From the NCBI GenBank assembly GCA_964373295.1, contig CAYJUA010000001.1:85600-118211 (forward strand): a DNA stretch of 32,612 bases, written 5' to 3'. The stretch comes from an uncultured Planctomycetia bacterium (GTDB lineage: Bacteria > Omnitrophota > Gorgyraeia > 1-14-0-20-64-10). The notes below the pieces were generated by a model, which was not told the origin of the DNA, made no database searches, and saw nothing but the letters and a program-made list of their open reading frames with translations. Made by a program: the position numbers and the translations under genes. Below, piece after piece: positions 8,396 through 17,098 of this stretch (position 1 is its first letter; every line of letters starts with the position of its first letter).

Positions 8396-9280
8396 ATGTT
8401 GAGCGGGATCCTCGGATGGATGCTTTACCAGGTGACTCCCCCCCAGCTCAAGAAGGCCTGCATGGAGGACTTCTTCGCGGGGCAGGCGACCCCAGGCCCC
8501 GTCTCCCATCTCCTGCGCAAGGAGATCGTCCGGAAATACCGCCGCCTGGATGACGCCAGCAAGCGGCGGCTCAACCGGGAACGGTTCTGGGGATCCGGCC
8601 CCGGTATCGCCTGGCACGAGCTCAAGCGGAAGGAGTACTCGGATCCCGGGCGTTTCCAACAGGAGTTCCTCCGCTTTCGGAAACCGCTGGCGGACCAGAT
8701 CGCCGACCTCGCCTCCGCGTGCCCCGAGATGGAAACCCTCTGTCACATCGGGACGGGGAATGGGCTGTTCCTCGAGCACCTCTCCCGGAGGATCCCGCAG
8801 ATCAAAAACTTCGTGGGGATCGACATCTGTCGGGAGCAGATCGAGAAGTGCCGGAGAAACTACCGCGGTTCCCCCCTTCGGTTCGAGCACACCGAGGTCC
8901 TCGATTGGATGCAGGGGCAGCCCACGGGCGGAATCATCTTCGTGGCGGTCGGGACCCTCCAGTATTTCACCCCGCAGGAGCTGGACGAATTCCTGGAGGC
9001 CGCCTGGAGCCGGATCCGCCCCGCAGCCATCGCGTTGAGCGAGCCCGTGAACATCGCGCTGACGTCCGCTGTCCGGTCGGAACCCCGCGGAGACATCGGG
9101 TACAGCCATCCCTACCCTTACCTGTTCCAGAAATTCAACTACCAGATGTTCCAGAGCGCGGTCGTGCCCGTCGACCCCCGCACCCCGCGCTACAACGAGG
9201 TCATCCTTGTTGCCACGAACACACCCCTGCGCCGGATTCTCCCGGAGAAAGAACGCGCCCTTGCGGATCTACCTGGCTGA
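8396..9280 (+). CDS. SAM-dependent methyltransferase
   Basis: ATG 8396. LCHIGTGNGLFLE (GxGxG motif I), NFVGIDIC (acidic end of beta-2) and IIFVAVGTLQYF (motif IV-like). Confidence 0.7.
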   Translation: MLSGILGWMLYQVTPPQLKKACMEDFFAGQATPGPVSHLLRKEIVRKYRRLDDASKRRLNRERFWGSGPGIAWHELKRKEYSDPGRFQQEFLRFRKPLADQIADLASACPEMETLCHIGTGNGLFLEHLSRRIPQIKNFVGIDICREQIEKCRRNYRGSPLRFEHTEVLDWMQGQPTGGIIFVAVGTLQYFTPQELDEFLEAAWSRIRPAAIALSEPVNIALTSAVRSEPRGDIGYSHPYPYLFQKFNYQMFQSAVVPVDPRTPRYNEVILVATNTPLRRILPEKERALADLPG

Positions 9281-11330
9281 TCTGACGCACACGGGACTGG
9301 GGATCGCCACCGAGGCCTTCCCGCTCAACGTGGGCCTCGTCGCCTCCTACGCCCAGAAAAGGTTCGGCAGGGAAGTGGAGATCTCCCTCTTCAAGTACCC
9401 CGAGGAGCTGAGCGAGGCCCTGGCCAAAGCGCCGCCCGACGTGCTGGGATGCAGCAACTACACGTGGAACAGCCGGCTCGCGGACCATTTCGCGCAGATC
9501 GCCAAGGCCCTGAAGCCGGACCTCCTCACCGTTTTCGGCGGGACCAACTACCCCTTCGATGCCCAGAACCAGAGGATATTCCTGGAGCGCAGGCCATGGC
9601 TCGACGCGCACATCTTTTACGAGGCCGAGGCGGCGTTCTCCCTCCTCATCGAGAGGATCCTTTCCTCGCCCGGCAGGCAGCGCTGGCTCGAGGAGCCGAT
9701 CCCCGGCTGCCAGTTCCTCCACCCGCAGAGCCGGACGCTCTGCGCCGCGGCCGCCCCCCCTCGGATCCAAGACCTCGACTCGATCCCCTCCCCCTACGCG
9801 ACGGGCCTCTTTGACCGGTTCTTCGACGGCAGGCTGACCCCCCTGCTGGAAACCGCCCGGGGCTGCCCCTTCACCTGCAACTTCTGCAACGCCGGCGCCT
9901 CCTACTTCACCCGGGTCAACCAGTTCAGCGACGCCTACGTCCGGGAGGAGTGGGAGTACGTGGCCCGCAAGGCCGAAGCCGCGGGGATCGGCCACCTGAC
10001 CCTGGCCGACAACAACTTCGGCATGCTGCCCAGGGACACGCAGACCGCCGAGCTCATGCACGAGCTCCAGCGGCGGTATGGGTGGCCCCGTTCGGTCACC
10101 GCCTGGACCGGCAAAAACAGCAAGAAGCGGGTGATCGACGTCACCCGCCTGCTGGGGGACACCCTGGTGATCAGCATGGCCGTGCAGTCCATGGATGAGA
10201 AGGTTCTCAAGACGATCGCCCGCTCCAACATTCGACTGGAGGACTACCGCGCCATCGCGCAGGAGCTCAACGCCCAGGGCAGGCCCCAGGTGGGGGAGCT
10301 CATCGCCCCGCTCCCCGGAGACACCTGGGAGTCCTACCTTCGGGGGGTGCACCAGCTGCTGGACGCGGGGGTGAGCACGATCCTCGTCCACACCCTGCAG
10401 ATGCTCCACGGCACCCCCTACAAGGATGACCCCCGCTTCATCGCCGAGCACGGATTCCTCCGCAAGCACCGGCTGGTCCCCCTGGACTTCGGCACCTACG
10501 ACGGCCGAATGCTCTTTGACACGGAGGAGGTCGGGGTGGCCACGAAGACGTTCTCCCTGGAGGAGTACGTCGAGTCGAGGAAATACCTTCTCCTCGTGGA
10601 TCTCTGCTACAACGGCACGGTCTGCGAGCCGCTGAAGAGGTACCTCTCCGAGCGCGGGATCCGGATGTCGGAGTGGATCCATTCCCTCCATCTGCGCAGC
10701 CCCGATTTCCCGGCCCCCGTGAAGGCCGTCTTCGACAGCTTCGGCGCGGAAACCCGGGCTGAGCTGTGGGACACCGAGGAGCAGCTCGTGGAATTCTACT
10801 CCAAGCCGGAGAACTACCGCAGGCTCCTCCAGGGAGAGATCGGTGGAAACGTTCTCTTCAAACACAAGGTCCGGATGCTCGCCGAGCGGGGCAGGGAATG
10901 GATCGACGCCGTCTTCTCCCTTTCCCAGGAGCTTCTCGACCGCCGCGCCGCCGGCCCGGAACCGCAGGCCGGAGAGGAGCTGGAGGAACTGCGGCGCCAC
11001 ATCCTCTGCTGCCTGGCCGATGCGTTCCGCCTGGGGGCGGAGGAGAAGCCGGTGACCGCCGAGTTCCGCTACGACATCCCCGGCTGGATGAGCCGTCCGG
11101 CGGCCCCCTTGGGGAGCTTCCGGCGGCAAGGATCCTTTCAGGTGGATTTCGAGTTCACCCAGGAGCAGCGCCTCCTCCGGGTGGAGGCGCTCCGCCGCTA
11201 TGGGGCGCATCCGGCCGCCATCGTCAAATGGATCCAGCGTCTCGCGGGCATCCAGCGCCTCATGCGTCAACCCCATGTGGAAACCCCCGATGTTTCTGGC
11301 CACCACAGCCCTGTCCGAGTTCTGGGATAA
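9207..11330 (+). CDS. B12-binding-domain radical SAM protein (class B-like)
   Basis: RIYLADLTHTG..., DVLGCSNYTWN and LLTVFGGTNYP form an N-terminal B12-binding-type domain. GCPFTCNFC is the CxxxCxxC motif. No ATG is available; candidate starts are TTG 9207 (GAGG 6 nt upstream) or TTG 9261. Confidence 0.8.
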   Translation: MLPRTHPCAGFSRRKNAPLRIYLADLTHTGLGIATEAFPLNVGLVASYAQKRFGREVEISLFKYPEELSEALAKAPPDVLGCSNYTWNSRLADHFAQIAKALKPDLLTVFGGTNYPFDAQNQRIFLERRPWLDAHIFYEAEAAFSLLIERILSSPGRQRWLEEPIPGCQFLHPQSRTLCAAAAPPRIQDLDSIPSPYATGLFDRFFDGRLTPLLETARGCPFTCNFCNAGASYFTRVNQFSDAYVREEWEYVARKAEAAGIGHLTLADNNFGMLPRDTQTAELMHELQRRYGWPRSVTAWTGKNSKKRVIDVTRLLGDTLVISMAVQSMDEKVLKTIARSNIRLEDYRAIAQELNAQGRPQVGELIAPLPGDTWESYLRGVHQLLDAGVSTILVHTLQMLHGTPYKDDPRFIAEHGFLRKHRLVPLDFGTYDGRMLFDTEEVGVATKTFSLEEYVESRKYLLLVDLCYNGTVCEPLKRYLSERGIRMSEWIHSLHLRSPDFPAPVKAVFDSFGAETRAELWDTEEQLVEFYSKPENYRRLLQGEIGGNVLFKHKVRMLAERGREWIDAVFSLSQELLDRRAAGPEPQAGEELEELRRHILCCLADAFRLGAEEKPVTAEFRYDIPGWMSRPAAPLGSFRRQGSFQVDFEFTQEQRLLRVEALRRYGAHPAAIVKWIQRLAGIQRLMRQPHVETPDVSGHHSPVRVLG

Positions 11331-13080
11331 AAGGCAGCAGATCCTTTTCCTCGGCCCCTGGTGCCAGCGGGAGGACCGGCGGCCGGATTGGGAAGGAATC
11401 CGGGGAAGGGTGCTGCCCAGCCCTTGGGATGACCCGGAGCGCTACCACCAGGCCGCCGGGTATGTGAACGGGGTCTACGAGCGGACGCTGTATCGGCTGG
11501 CCGATCGTTTGAACCAGGCCCATGGCCTGCGCGCTTCCCCCCGCTACTGGCGAATCCTCCTGGGCCCGTGGCTGATGCACTACCTCCATGCCCTCTACGA
11601 CCGGTGGGTCCATCTCCAGGAAGCCCTCCGTGCGGACCCCGGGCTCACGACGATCCTCCTGGACCCGGCCTGTCACGAGGTGCCGCGCAGCGGCCGGCAG
11701 TTTTTCCGCTGGATCCTGGAAGACCGGTACAACCTCCAGCTCTTCTCTCAGATCCTCACCCTCCGAGGCAAATCCCTCCCCACCCGACGCTTGGCTCCGG
11801 AACCCGGGGGAGGGGTCCCGCCCCGGCAAGGACCGCGGATCGCCGGAGCGATCCGGAAGGCCGGATCCGCCGCGTCCATCACCGTCTCCAGACTCCTGAT
11901 GAGCCGGGGGGAGGTGGGGATCGCGCACGCGGATCTCTCCGCGCCTTCTCTCTGGAAGCTGATCCTGTCAACGGGCTTGAGGGCCGTTCCCCTCTACCTG
12001 GACCGCGAGGAGGATCCGGCCCCTTCCGAACCCCTTTTGGACGACCGCAGGAAAGGTCTCGCCTCCGGGGAGGGCGGGGACGACTTTGAGAAACTCCTCG
12101 CCTCCACTCTGCCCCAGAACTTCCCCACCTGCTACCTGGAAGGGTTCGCCTCCGCTCGCGCGAAGGCCCTGGCCAGGGCTGGCCGGACCCCTCCCGTCCT
12201 GCTGTCTGCCTACGGCTGGTACTTCCACGAGGAGTTCCAGTTCCTGGCGGCGGAGGTCGCCGAGCGGGGCGGAAGGCTCCTGGCCGCCCAGCACGGCGGC
12301 GGCTATGGGGTCTATCGCCTGGCCCCCCAGGAGCGTCATGAACTGCAGGTCGCGGACCGCTTCCTGGCGTGGGGCTGGGGCGGCGGCAATGGGGACCGGA
12401 CGGAGAACCTCCCCTCTCCAAAGCTCTCTCAGCTCGTTGGCCTGCGCGGGCCCGCCCGGAGGGGGACCGCGCAGGGCAGCGCCCTCTTTGTCGCCACGAC
12501 CAATCCCCGCTACTTCTATCGCTTCTACTCCTCGCCCCAGGCCGCCCAGCTGGCAGATTACTTCCGTTGGCAGCGGCGCTTCCTCCGAGCCCTGCCGGAG
12601 ACCGCCCGCCCCCAGCTTCTTTTCCGCGGCCATCCCGAGGACTTCGGACACAAAACCCGGCAGCAGCTCAGCGCCGACTTCCCGTGGCTGCGGTGGGACG
12701 GAGACCGCTCCTTCCGGAGAGCGGTCTCCAAAACACGCCTGGTCCTCATTGACCACCTCGGAACCTCGCTGCTGGAGGCGCTGGCGGCCGACCGGCCCCT
12801 GGTGGCCTGGTGGAACCCCAGCCATTGGGCCGTGAGGGAGGAGGCGCGTCCGTTTTTCGAAGACCTGCTCGAGGCCGGGATTCTCTGGCACGATCCGGAG
12901 AAGGCCGCCGCCCATGCGGCGGCTGTGTGGAAGGACCCCCGCGCCTGGTGGTCTCGGCCGGAGATCCAGGAGGCGCGCCGCCGATTGCTCGAGCGGTTCG
13001 CCTGGGGACGGACCTGCTGGGCGGAGGAGTGGGCCGGGATGCTCAGGCGCCAGGCCCTCCCGCGGGCGAGGGAGGCATAG
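11290..13080 (+). CDS. Large uncharacterised putative transferase (resembles the LIC12162-type family of Leptospira O-antigen loci)
   Basis: ATG 11290 (ATG 11275 is also possible). The N-terminus MFLATTALSEFWDKRQQILFLGPWC matches, from memory only, the LIC12162-type putative transferase signature. I can verify no catalytic motif by eye. Coding status is supported by length, codon bias and operon fit. Confidence 0.65.
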   Translation: MFLATTALSEFWDKRQQILFLGPWCQREDRRPDWEGIRGRVLPSPWDDPERYHQAAGYVNGVYERTLYRLADRLNQAHGLRASPRYWRILLGPWLMHYLHALYDRWVHLQEALRADPGLTTILLDPACHEVPRSGRQFFRWILEDRYNLQLFSQILTLRGKSLPTRRLAPEPGGGVPPRQGPRIAGAIRKAGSAASITVSRLLMSRGEVGIAHADLSAPSLWKLILSTGLRAVPLYLDREEDPAPSEPLLDDRRKGLASGEGGDDFEKLLASTLPQNFPTCYLEGFASARAKALARAGRTPPVLLSAYGWYFHEEFQFLAAEVAERGGRLLAAQHGGGYGVYRLAPQERHELQVADRFLAWGWGGGNGDRTENLPSPKLSQLVGLRGPARRGTAQGSALFVATTNPRYFYRFYSSPQAAQLADYFRWQRRFLRALPETARPQLLFRGHPEDFGHKTRQQLSADFPWLRWDGDRSFRRAVSKTRLVLIDHLGTSLLEALAADRPLVAWWNPSHWAVREEARPFFEDLLEAGILWHDPEKAAAHAAAVWKDPRAWWSRPEIQEARRRLLERFAWGRTCWAEEWAGMLRRQALPRAREA

Positions 13081-13082
13081 CC

Positions 13083-13916
13083 GTGTTTGATTCGGAACGG
13101 ATCGGGTTCCTCCGGTACGGCTTTTCGGAGTACCTCTTTCCGAAGGGGATCCGCCGGATGGCCTCGGCGGTCCTGCGGCCGATCACGGGGCGGCGCAGGA
13201 CCCGGGAATACTCGGAGCAGCTCAACGACCGCTCGAATCTTCAGATGGAACGGGACCTGAACCAACTCCCTCCAGAGGAATGGTTCGACCGCATCGTGTA
13301 CCGGAAGGGGCTCCGGGGCTACGTGCTGAAAGAGGCCCGCGTGGTGGAGGAAGATTGGGCGGCGGTGGAGCGGCACATGCACGAGGCGGTCGCATCCGCC
13401 CTGGGGCTGTCCCGCGGCGCGCCGCTCAAGGTGCTGGAGTTCGGCTGCGCCTCCGGGAGAAACCTCTTCTGGCTGAAGAAAGAGTATCCCCACCTCACCC
13501 TGGTGGGGGTCGAGATCTCGGGGCAGGCGCGGGATCTGGGACAGCGCCTGTCCGCCCGCTTCGGACTTCCCGTGGAGTTCGGCCGGGTCCGGGACGGGCG
13601 GATCCCTCAGCCCGACGGCGCGTTCGACGCGGCCTTCACCAAGTTCTGCCTGGAGCAGTGCCCCTACGAGTACCCCGCCATCGTGGCGGAGCTCCTCCGC
13701 GTGACCAAGGGGCGCGTCGTTCTCCTGGAACCGATGGAGGAGATGCATCCGCTCTCCTTCCGGGGCCTGTTGGGCCGGCTGCACGGCTTCTACCACAACT
13801 ACTCGAGGGGACTGTACGGGCACCTGCGGCGCCTCCCGCAGTTTCGCCAGGCCCGGCGGCTCGGCTGGGCGGTGAACCCCTTCAACGAGCCCACCCTGGC
13901 GGTGATGGAAAACTGA
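13083..13916 (+). CDS. Class I SAM-dependent methyltransferase
   Basis: GTG 13083 lies 2 nt after the upstream TAG, with GGGAGG about 9 nt upstream. VLEFGCASGRN (motif I), LVGVEISG and AFDAAFTKFCLEQ. ATG 13158 is an alternative start. Confidence 0.75.
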   Translation: MFDSERIGFLRYGFSEYLFPKGIRRMASAVLRPITGRRRTREYSEQLNDRSNLQMERDLNQLPPEEWFDRIVYRKGLRGYVLKEARVVEEDWAAVERHMHEAVASALGLSRGAPLKVLEFGCASGRNLFWLKKEYPHLTLVGVEISGQARDLGQRLSARFGLPVEFGRVRDGRIPQPDGAFDAAFTKFCLEQCPYEYPAIVAELLRVTKGRVVLLEPMEEMHPLSFRGLLGRLHGFYHNYSRGLYGHLRRLPQFRQARRLGWAVNPFNEPTLAVMEN

Positions 13917-15334
13917 TGCGCCCGCCGAGGATCCTCCTCCACATCGACGAGCGAAGGCGGGACGTGGCGGTCCTGTTCGCCCTCGGCCAGCTCTTTGAGC
14001 AGGCGGGGGCGCGCGTGACCCTGACCACGCGCCGCACCACTCCCTCTTTCCTCCGCCACGGCCAATACGACGCGGTTCTGATCCCATCGCACGGCCAGAT
14101 CCCCGAGGCGCAGCGCGACCGCGTCTGCTCCCGTTCGAAGGTTTATCTCTTCCCCACCGAGGGGGCCTGGTTCGGGGAAGGGGCCCTTCTGGTGCGGTTC
14201 GGCGGAGGGTACGACTCCTCCCTGTGGGACCGCCAGATCCGGCAGACCCAGTGCTGCTTCCTCTGGGGCAGCTACAGCCGGCGGACCCTCCTGGACACGG
14301 GCCGCTTCCGCGAGGAGAAGCTCGCCGTGGTGGGCGCCCCCCGGATGGACTACCTTCTCGCCCCTCCGACGGAGCAGGAGCGGCGGCTGGCCGAGCCGGA
14401 CTCCCTGGCCGCGATCACCGATTTCGTGGTGACCAATCCCTACATCCCGGACGACATCTTCCGCGCGGTCCACCGGGCCCGCAATCGCTACGGGCTGTAC
14501 CACGCTCCCACCCGCAACATCGAGGACCGCTACTGGATCGAGGTCGGCTGCCTTCGGGTGTGGTTCGCCTTCCTGGAGGAATGCGTGAAGCGGAGGGAAA
14601 GGGTCCGGCTGCGGATCCATCCCCGCGAAAACCTCGACAACTACGGCATGCTCCTCGAGCGTTACGGAAAGGCGATCGTCCTGGACGACCAGGAGGTTCC
14701 CTTCGAGGCATGGCTCGGGCGGGTCGGGGTCCTTTTCGGCTTCAACTCCACGGCCTTCTTCGAGGTGGTCGCCGCCGAGCATCCCGCGGTCAACCTGGAG
14801 GGCCTCCTGGGTCCGCGCCTGGCAGAGCACACCGACGGTTTCCCGCAGAACCACTACCCGATCATGGATTTCGTGGAGACCCCCTCCACGTGGGACGGAG
14901 TCTTTGACTACGTCCGGCAGGTGCGCGAGGGCCGCTGGGACGCCCGCACCGCCTATGGCCCCGAGGCCAAGGCGGTGCTGACGGAGGTCTGCCGCTTCCC
15001 CCGGAGGGTCTCCTCGCTGGCGGCGGTCGTTGACCGGGTGCTCGCCGATCTCGGCGGCCCGGCCCCGGCCAGAGGGAACAGCGGGGCGGGGCATCTGCGG
15101 GCGGACGTGGACTCGCGCCTGCTGGAATGGAGCACCTTCCGGCTCCGCCGGGACAAGATCACCAGCTCCTGGTTCCCCCTGGAGGAGCGCCGGCTCCGCC
15201 GGCGGCATGCCGCCGAGATCACCCGCTACCTCCGAGCGGCCGCCGCCTTCCCGGCCAGCGCCCGGCCCGCCTCCAACGGTTCCCGGCCGCACGCGGCCCC
15301 AGCCGCTTCACGCATACTGGAGGGAAGGGTCTAA
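13916..15334 (+). CDS. Uncharacterised surface-carbohydrate biosynthesis protein, two-Rossmann (GT-B-like) layout
   Basis: ATG 13916 forms a TGATG overlap. The pattern ILLHIDERRRD..., VVGAPRMDYL then RLRIHPRE... and LFGFNSTAFFEVVAAEHPAVNL resembles GT-B / capsule-type transferases. The functional call is weak. Confidence 0.6.
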   Translation: MRPPRILLHIDERRRDVAVLFALGQLFEQAGARVTLTTRRTTPSFLRHGQYDAVLIPSHGQIPEAQRDRVCSRSKVYLFPTEGAWFGEGALLVRFGGGYDSSLWDRQIRQTQCCFLWGSYSRRTLLDTGRFREEKLAVVGAPRMDYLLAPPTEQERRLAEPDSLAAITDFVVTNPYIPDDIFRAVHRARNRYGLYHAPTRNIEDRYWIEVGCLRVWFAFLEECVKRRERVRLRIHPRENLDNYGMLLERYGKAIVLDDQEVPFEAWLGRVGVLFGFNSTAFFEVVAAEHPAVNLEGLLGPRLAEHTDGFPQNHYPIMDFVETPSTWDGVFDYVRQVREGRWDARTAYGPEAKAVLTEVCRFPRRVSSLAAVVDRVLADLGGPAPARGNSGAGHLRADVDSRLLEWSTFRLRRDKITSSWFPLEERRLRRRHAAEITRYLRAAAAFPASARPASNGSRPHAAPAASRILEGRV

Positions 15335-15337
15335 GCG

Positions 15338-17098
15338 ATGTGCGGTTTCGTGGTCTTCGCCTCCTCAACCCAAGAGCTGGCCCCACGCTACACCGCGCCC
15401 GAGCCCTGGACGGGGATGATCCGCCATCGGGGCCCGGACGGCCAGCGCACGTTCGCGGAAGACGGGGTCGCCATGCATTTCGCCCGGCTGGCGATCCTGG
15501 ATCTCTCCGAGCGAGGCATGCAGCCGATGCCGTCCCGCTGCGGACGCTATGCGGTGGTGATGAACGGCGAGATCGTGAACCACCGGGAACTGGCGCGGCG
15601 CCTGGGGCTGGAACTGCGGGGACATTCGGACACCGAGGTCTTCGTGGAGGCTGCCCGTCTCCTGGGGCTGGGGATCGGACCGGAACTCCGCGGGATGTTC
15701 GCCATCGTCCTCTACGACCGCAGGGAGCGTTCCCTCACGGCCCTGCGGGACCCCTTCGGGATCAAGCCCCTGTACTACGCCGAGCAGAACGGAACGCTGA
15801 TCCTCTCCTCCGAGATCCGGCCGATCCTTCAGGCGATGGGCGACGCCTCCGTGGAGGAGGAACAGGTGATCCGCTTCCTCCGACGGGGAGAGGTGGACGA
15901 CGGGGAAGAGACCCTTTTCCGGCGGGTGAGGCAACTTCCGCCAGGGCACCGGCTCACATGGAAAAACGGCGTCCTCCGGATCGCCCGGTACCGGGACGAT
16001 GACTTGAGCCCCCGGGCCGGCGACGACGAAGAGGCGGAGGCCCGGCGCTATGACCAGCGGCTGCAGGAGGTTGTCGCGGAGTACCTCCACGCCGACGTCC
16101 CCGTGGGCGTCTCCTTGAGCGGAGGGTTCGACTCTTCGCTCCTGGCCCACCTGGTCCGAACCCGCCTGCCGGATGGGGAGCTCCACATGTTCACCCGCGG
16201 CTATCAGGACTACGAGGGCAACGAGCTGGAGGCGGCCCGGGCGGTAGGGGAGCGCTTCGGCTTCCGGTTCCATCCGGTGATCCTATCGCCGGAAGAGGTT
16301 CCTTCGCTGCTGCGCACCTGCTCCGAACGGCAGGAGCACCCGGTCACCTCCCTTTCCATCCTGGCGTATCACAAGCTTTACCGCGAGGCGCGCTCCGCCG
16401 GCGTCCGGGTCCTGCTGGAGGGGCATGGCGGCGACGAGCTGTGGGCGGGATACGCCTCCTACGCCCAGGAGGATGGGGCGGGCCGCTCGCACGACGGCTC
16501 CTCCTTCCGGATGAACGACGAGATCCTGCTGCCCCATGGGCGGGGCGGAGGGGCCCGCCGGACCGCCCTTCCCATCTCCGTTTCACCGGAAACAACGGAA
16601 CTGACCCGGCGCCAGCTTGGCGATCTCTTCGGCGCCAAACTGCAACGGTCTCTTCGGTTCGTGGACCGCGCCTCGCTCTCCGCGCCGGTGGAGGTGCGCG
16701 TTCCCTATCTCGACACGGAGCTGGCGCTGCCTGCGCTGCGCTGGCCCGACGCCTGGAAAATCCGGGAAGGACAGCTCCGCGTGCTGGTCCGGCGGATGGC
16801 GCGCGGCCGCCTGGGCGAGGCGGTCGCCCTGCGGCCCAAGGTCCCGATCCAGGATCCCCAGCGGAAATGGCTGCAGCGGGAGCTCCGGGAATTTACGTCT
16901 GATCTGCTGCATTCACGCCCCCTTTACATCGAACAGTTCGTGGACGTGGAGGCCTTGACGCGGTATTATGATCTTTTCCTAAAGGATCCCTCCCGGTTCG
17001 ATAATCTGACGTTCCTGGCGTACCCTCTTTTCCTGGAGGTCTGGCACCAGAAGGTCCGGGGAGGCGCCGCTCAACTCAAGGAGATCGGCTGTGGCTAG
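15338..17098 (+). CDS. Asparagine synthase (glutamine-hydrolysing)-like amidotransferase
   Basis: MCGFVV provides the N-terminal Cys2 nucleophile of the Ntn glutaminase domain. SLSGGFDSS is the SGGxDS PP-loop ATP pyrophosphatase motif. Length of 586 aa is typical of AsnB-type proteins. Confidence 0.9.
   Translation: MCGFVVFASSTQELAPRYTAPEPWTGMIRHRGPDGQRTFAEDGVAMHFARLAILDLSERGMQPMPSRCGRYAVVMNGEIVNHRELARRLGLELRGHSDTEVFVEAARLLGLGIGPELRGMFAIVLYDRRERSLTALRDPFGIKPLYYAEQNGTLILSSEIRPILQAMGDASVEEEQVIRFLRRGEVDDGEETLFRRVRQLPPGHRLTWKNGVLRIARYRDDDLSPRAGDDEEAEARRYDQRLQEVVAEYLHADVPVGVSLSGGFDSSLLAHLVRTRLPDGELHMFTRGYQDYEGNELEAARAVGERFGFRFHPVILSPEEVPSLLRTCSERQEHPVTSLSILAYHKLYREARSAGVRVLLEGHGGDELWAGYASYAQEDGAGRSHDGSSFRMNDEILLPHGRGGGARRTALPISVSPETTELTRRQLGDLFGAKLQRSLRFVDRASLSAPVEVRVPYLDTELALPALRWPDAWKIREGQLRVLVRRMARGRLGEAVALRPKVPIQDPQRKWLQRELREFTSDLLHSRPLYIEQFVDVEALTRYYDLFLKDPSRFDNLTFLAYPLFLEVWHQKVRGGAAQLKEIGCG

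Noticed and set aside
8596-8610. GGCCCCGGTATCGCC, a 10-nt match (CCGGTATCGC) to the family 1 repeat.
   Set aside because: It is too short, there is no flanking similarity, and a chance 10-mer match is plausible in 65 kb of two-strand search space.
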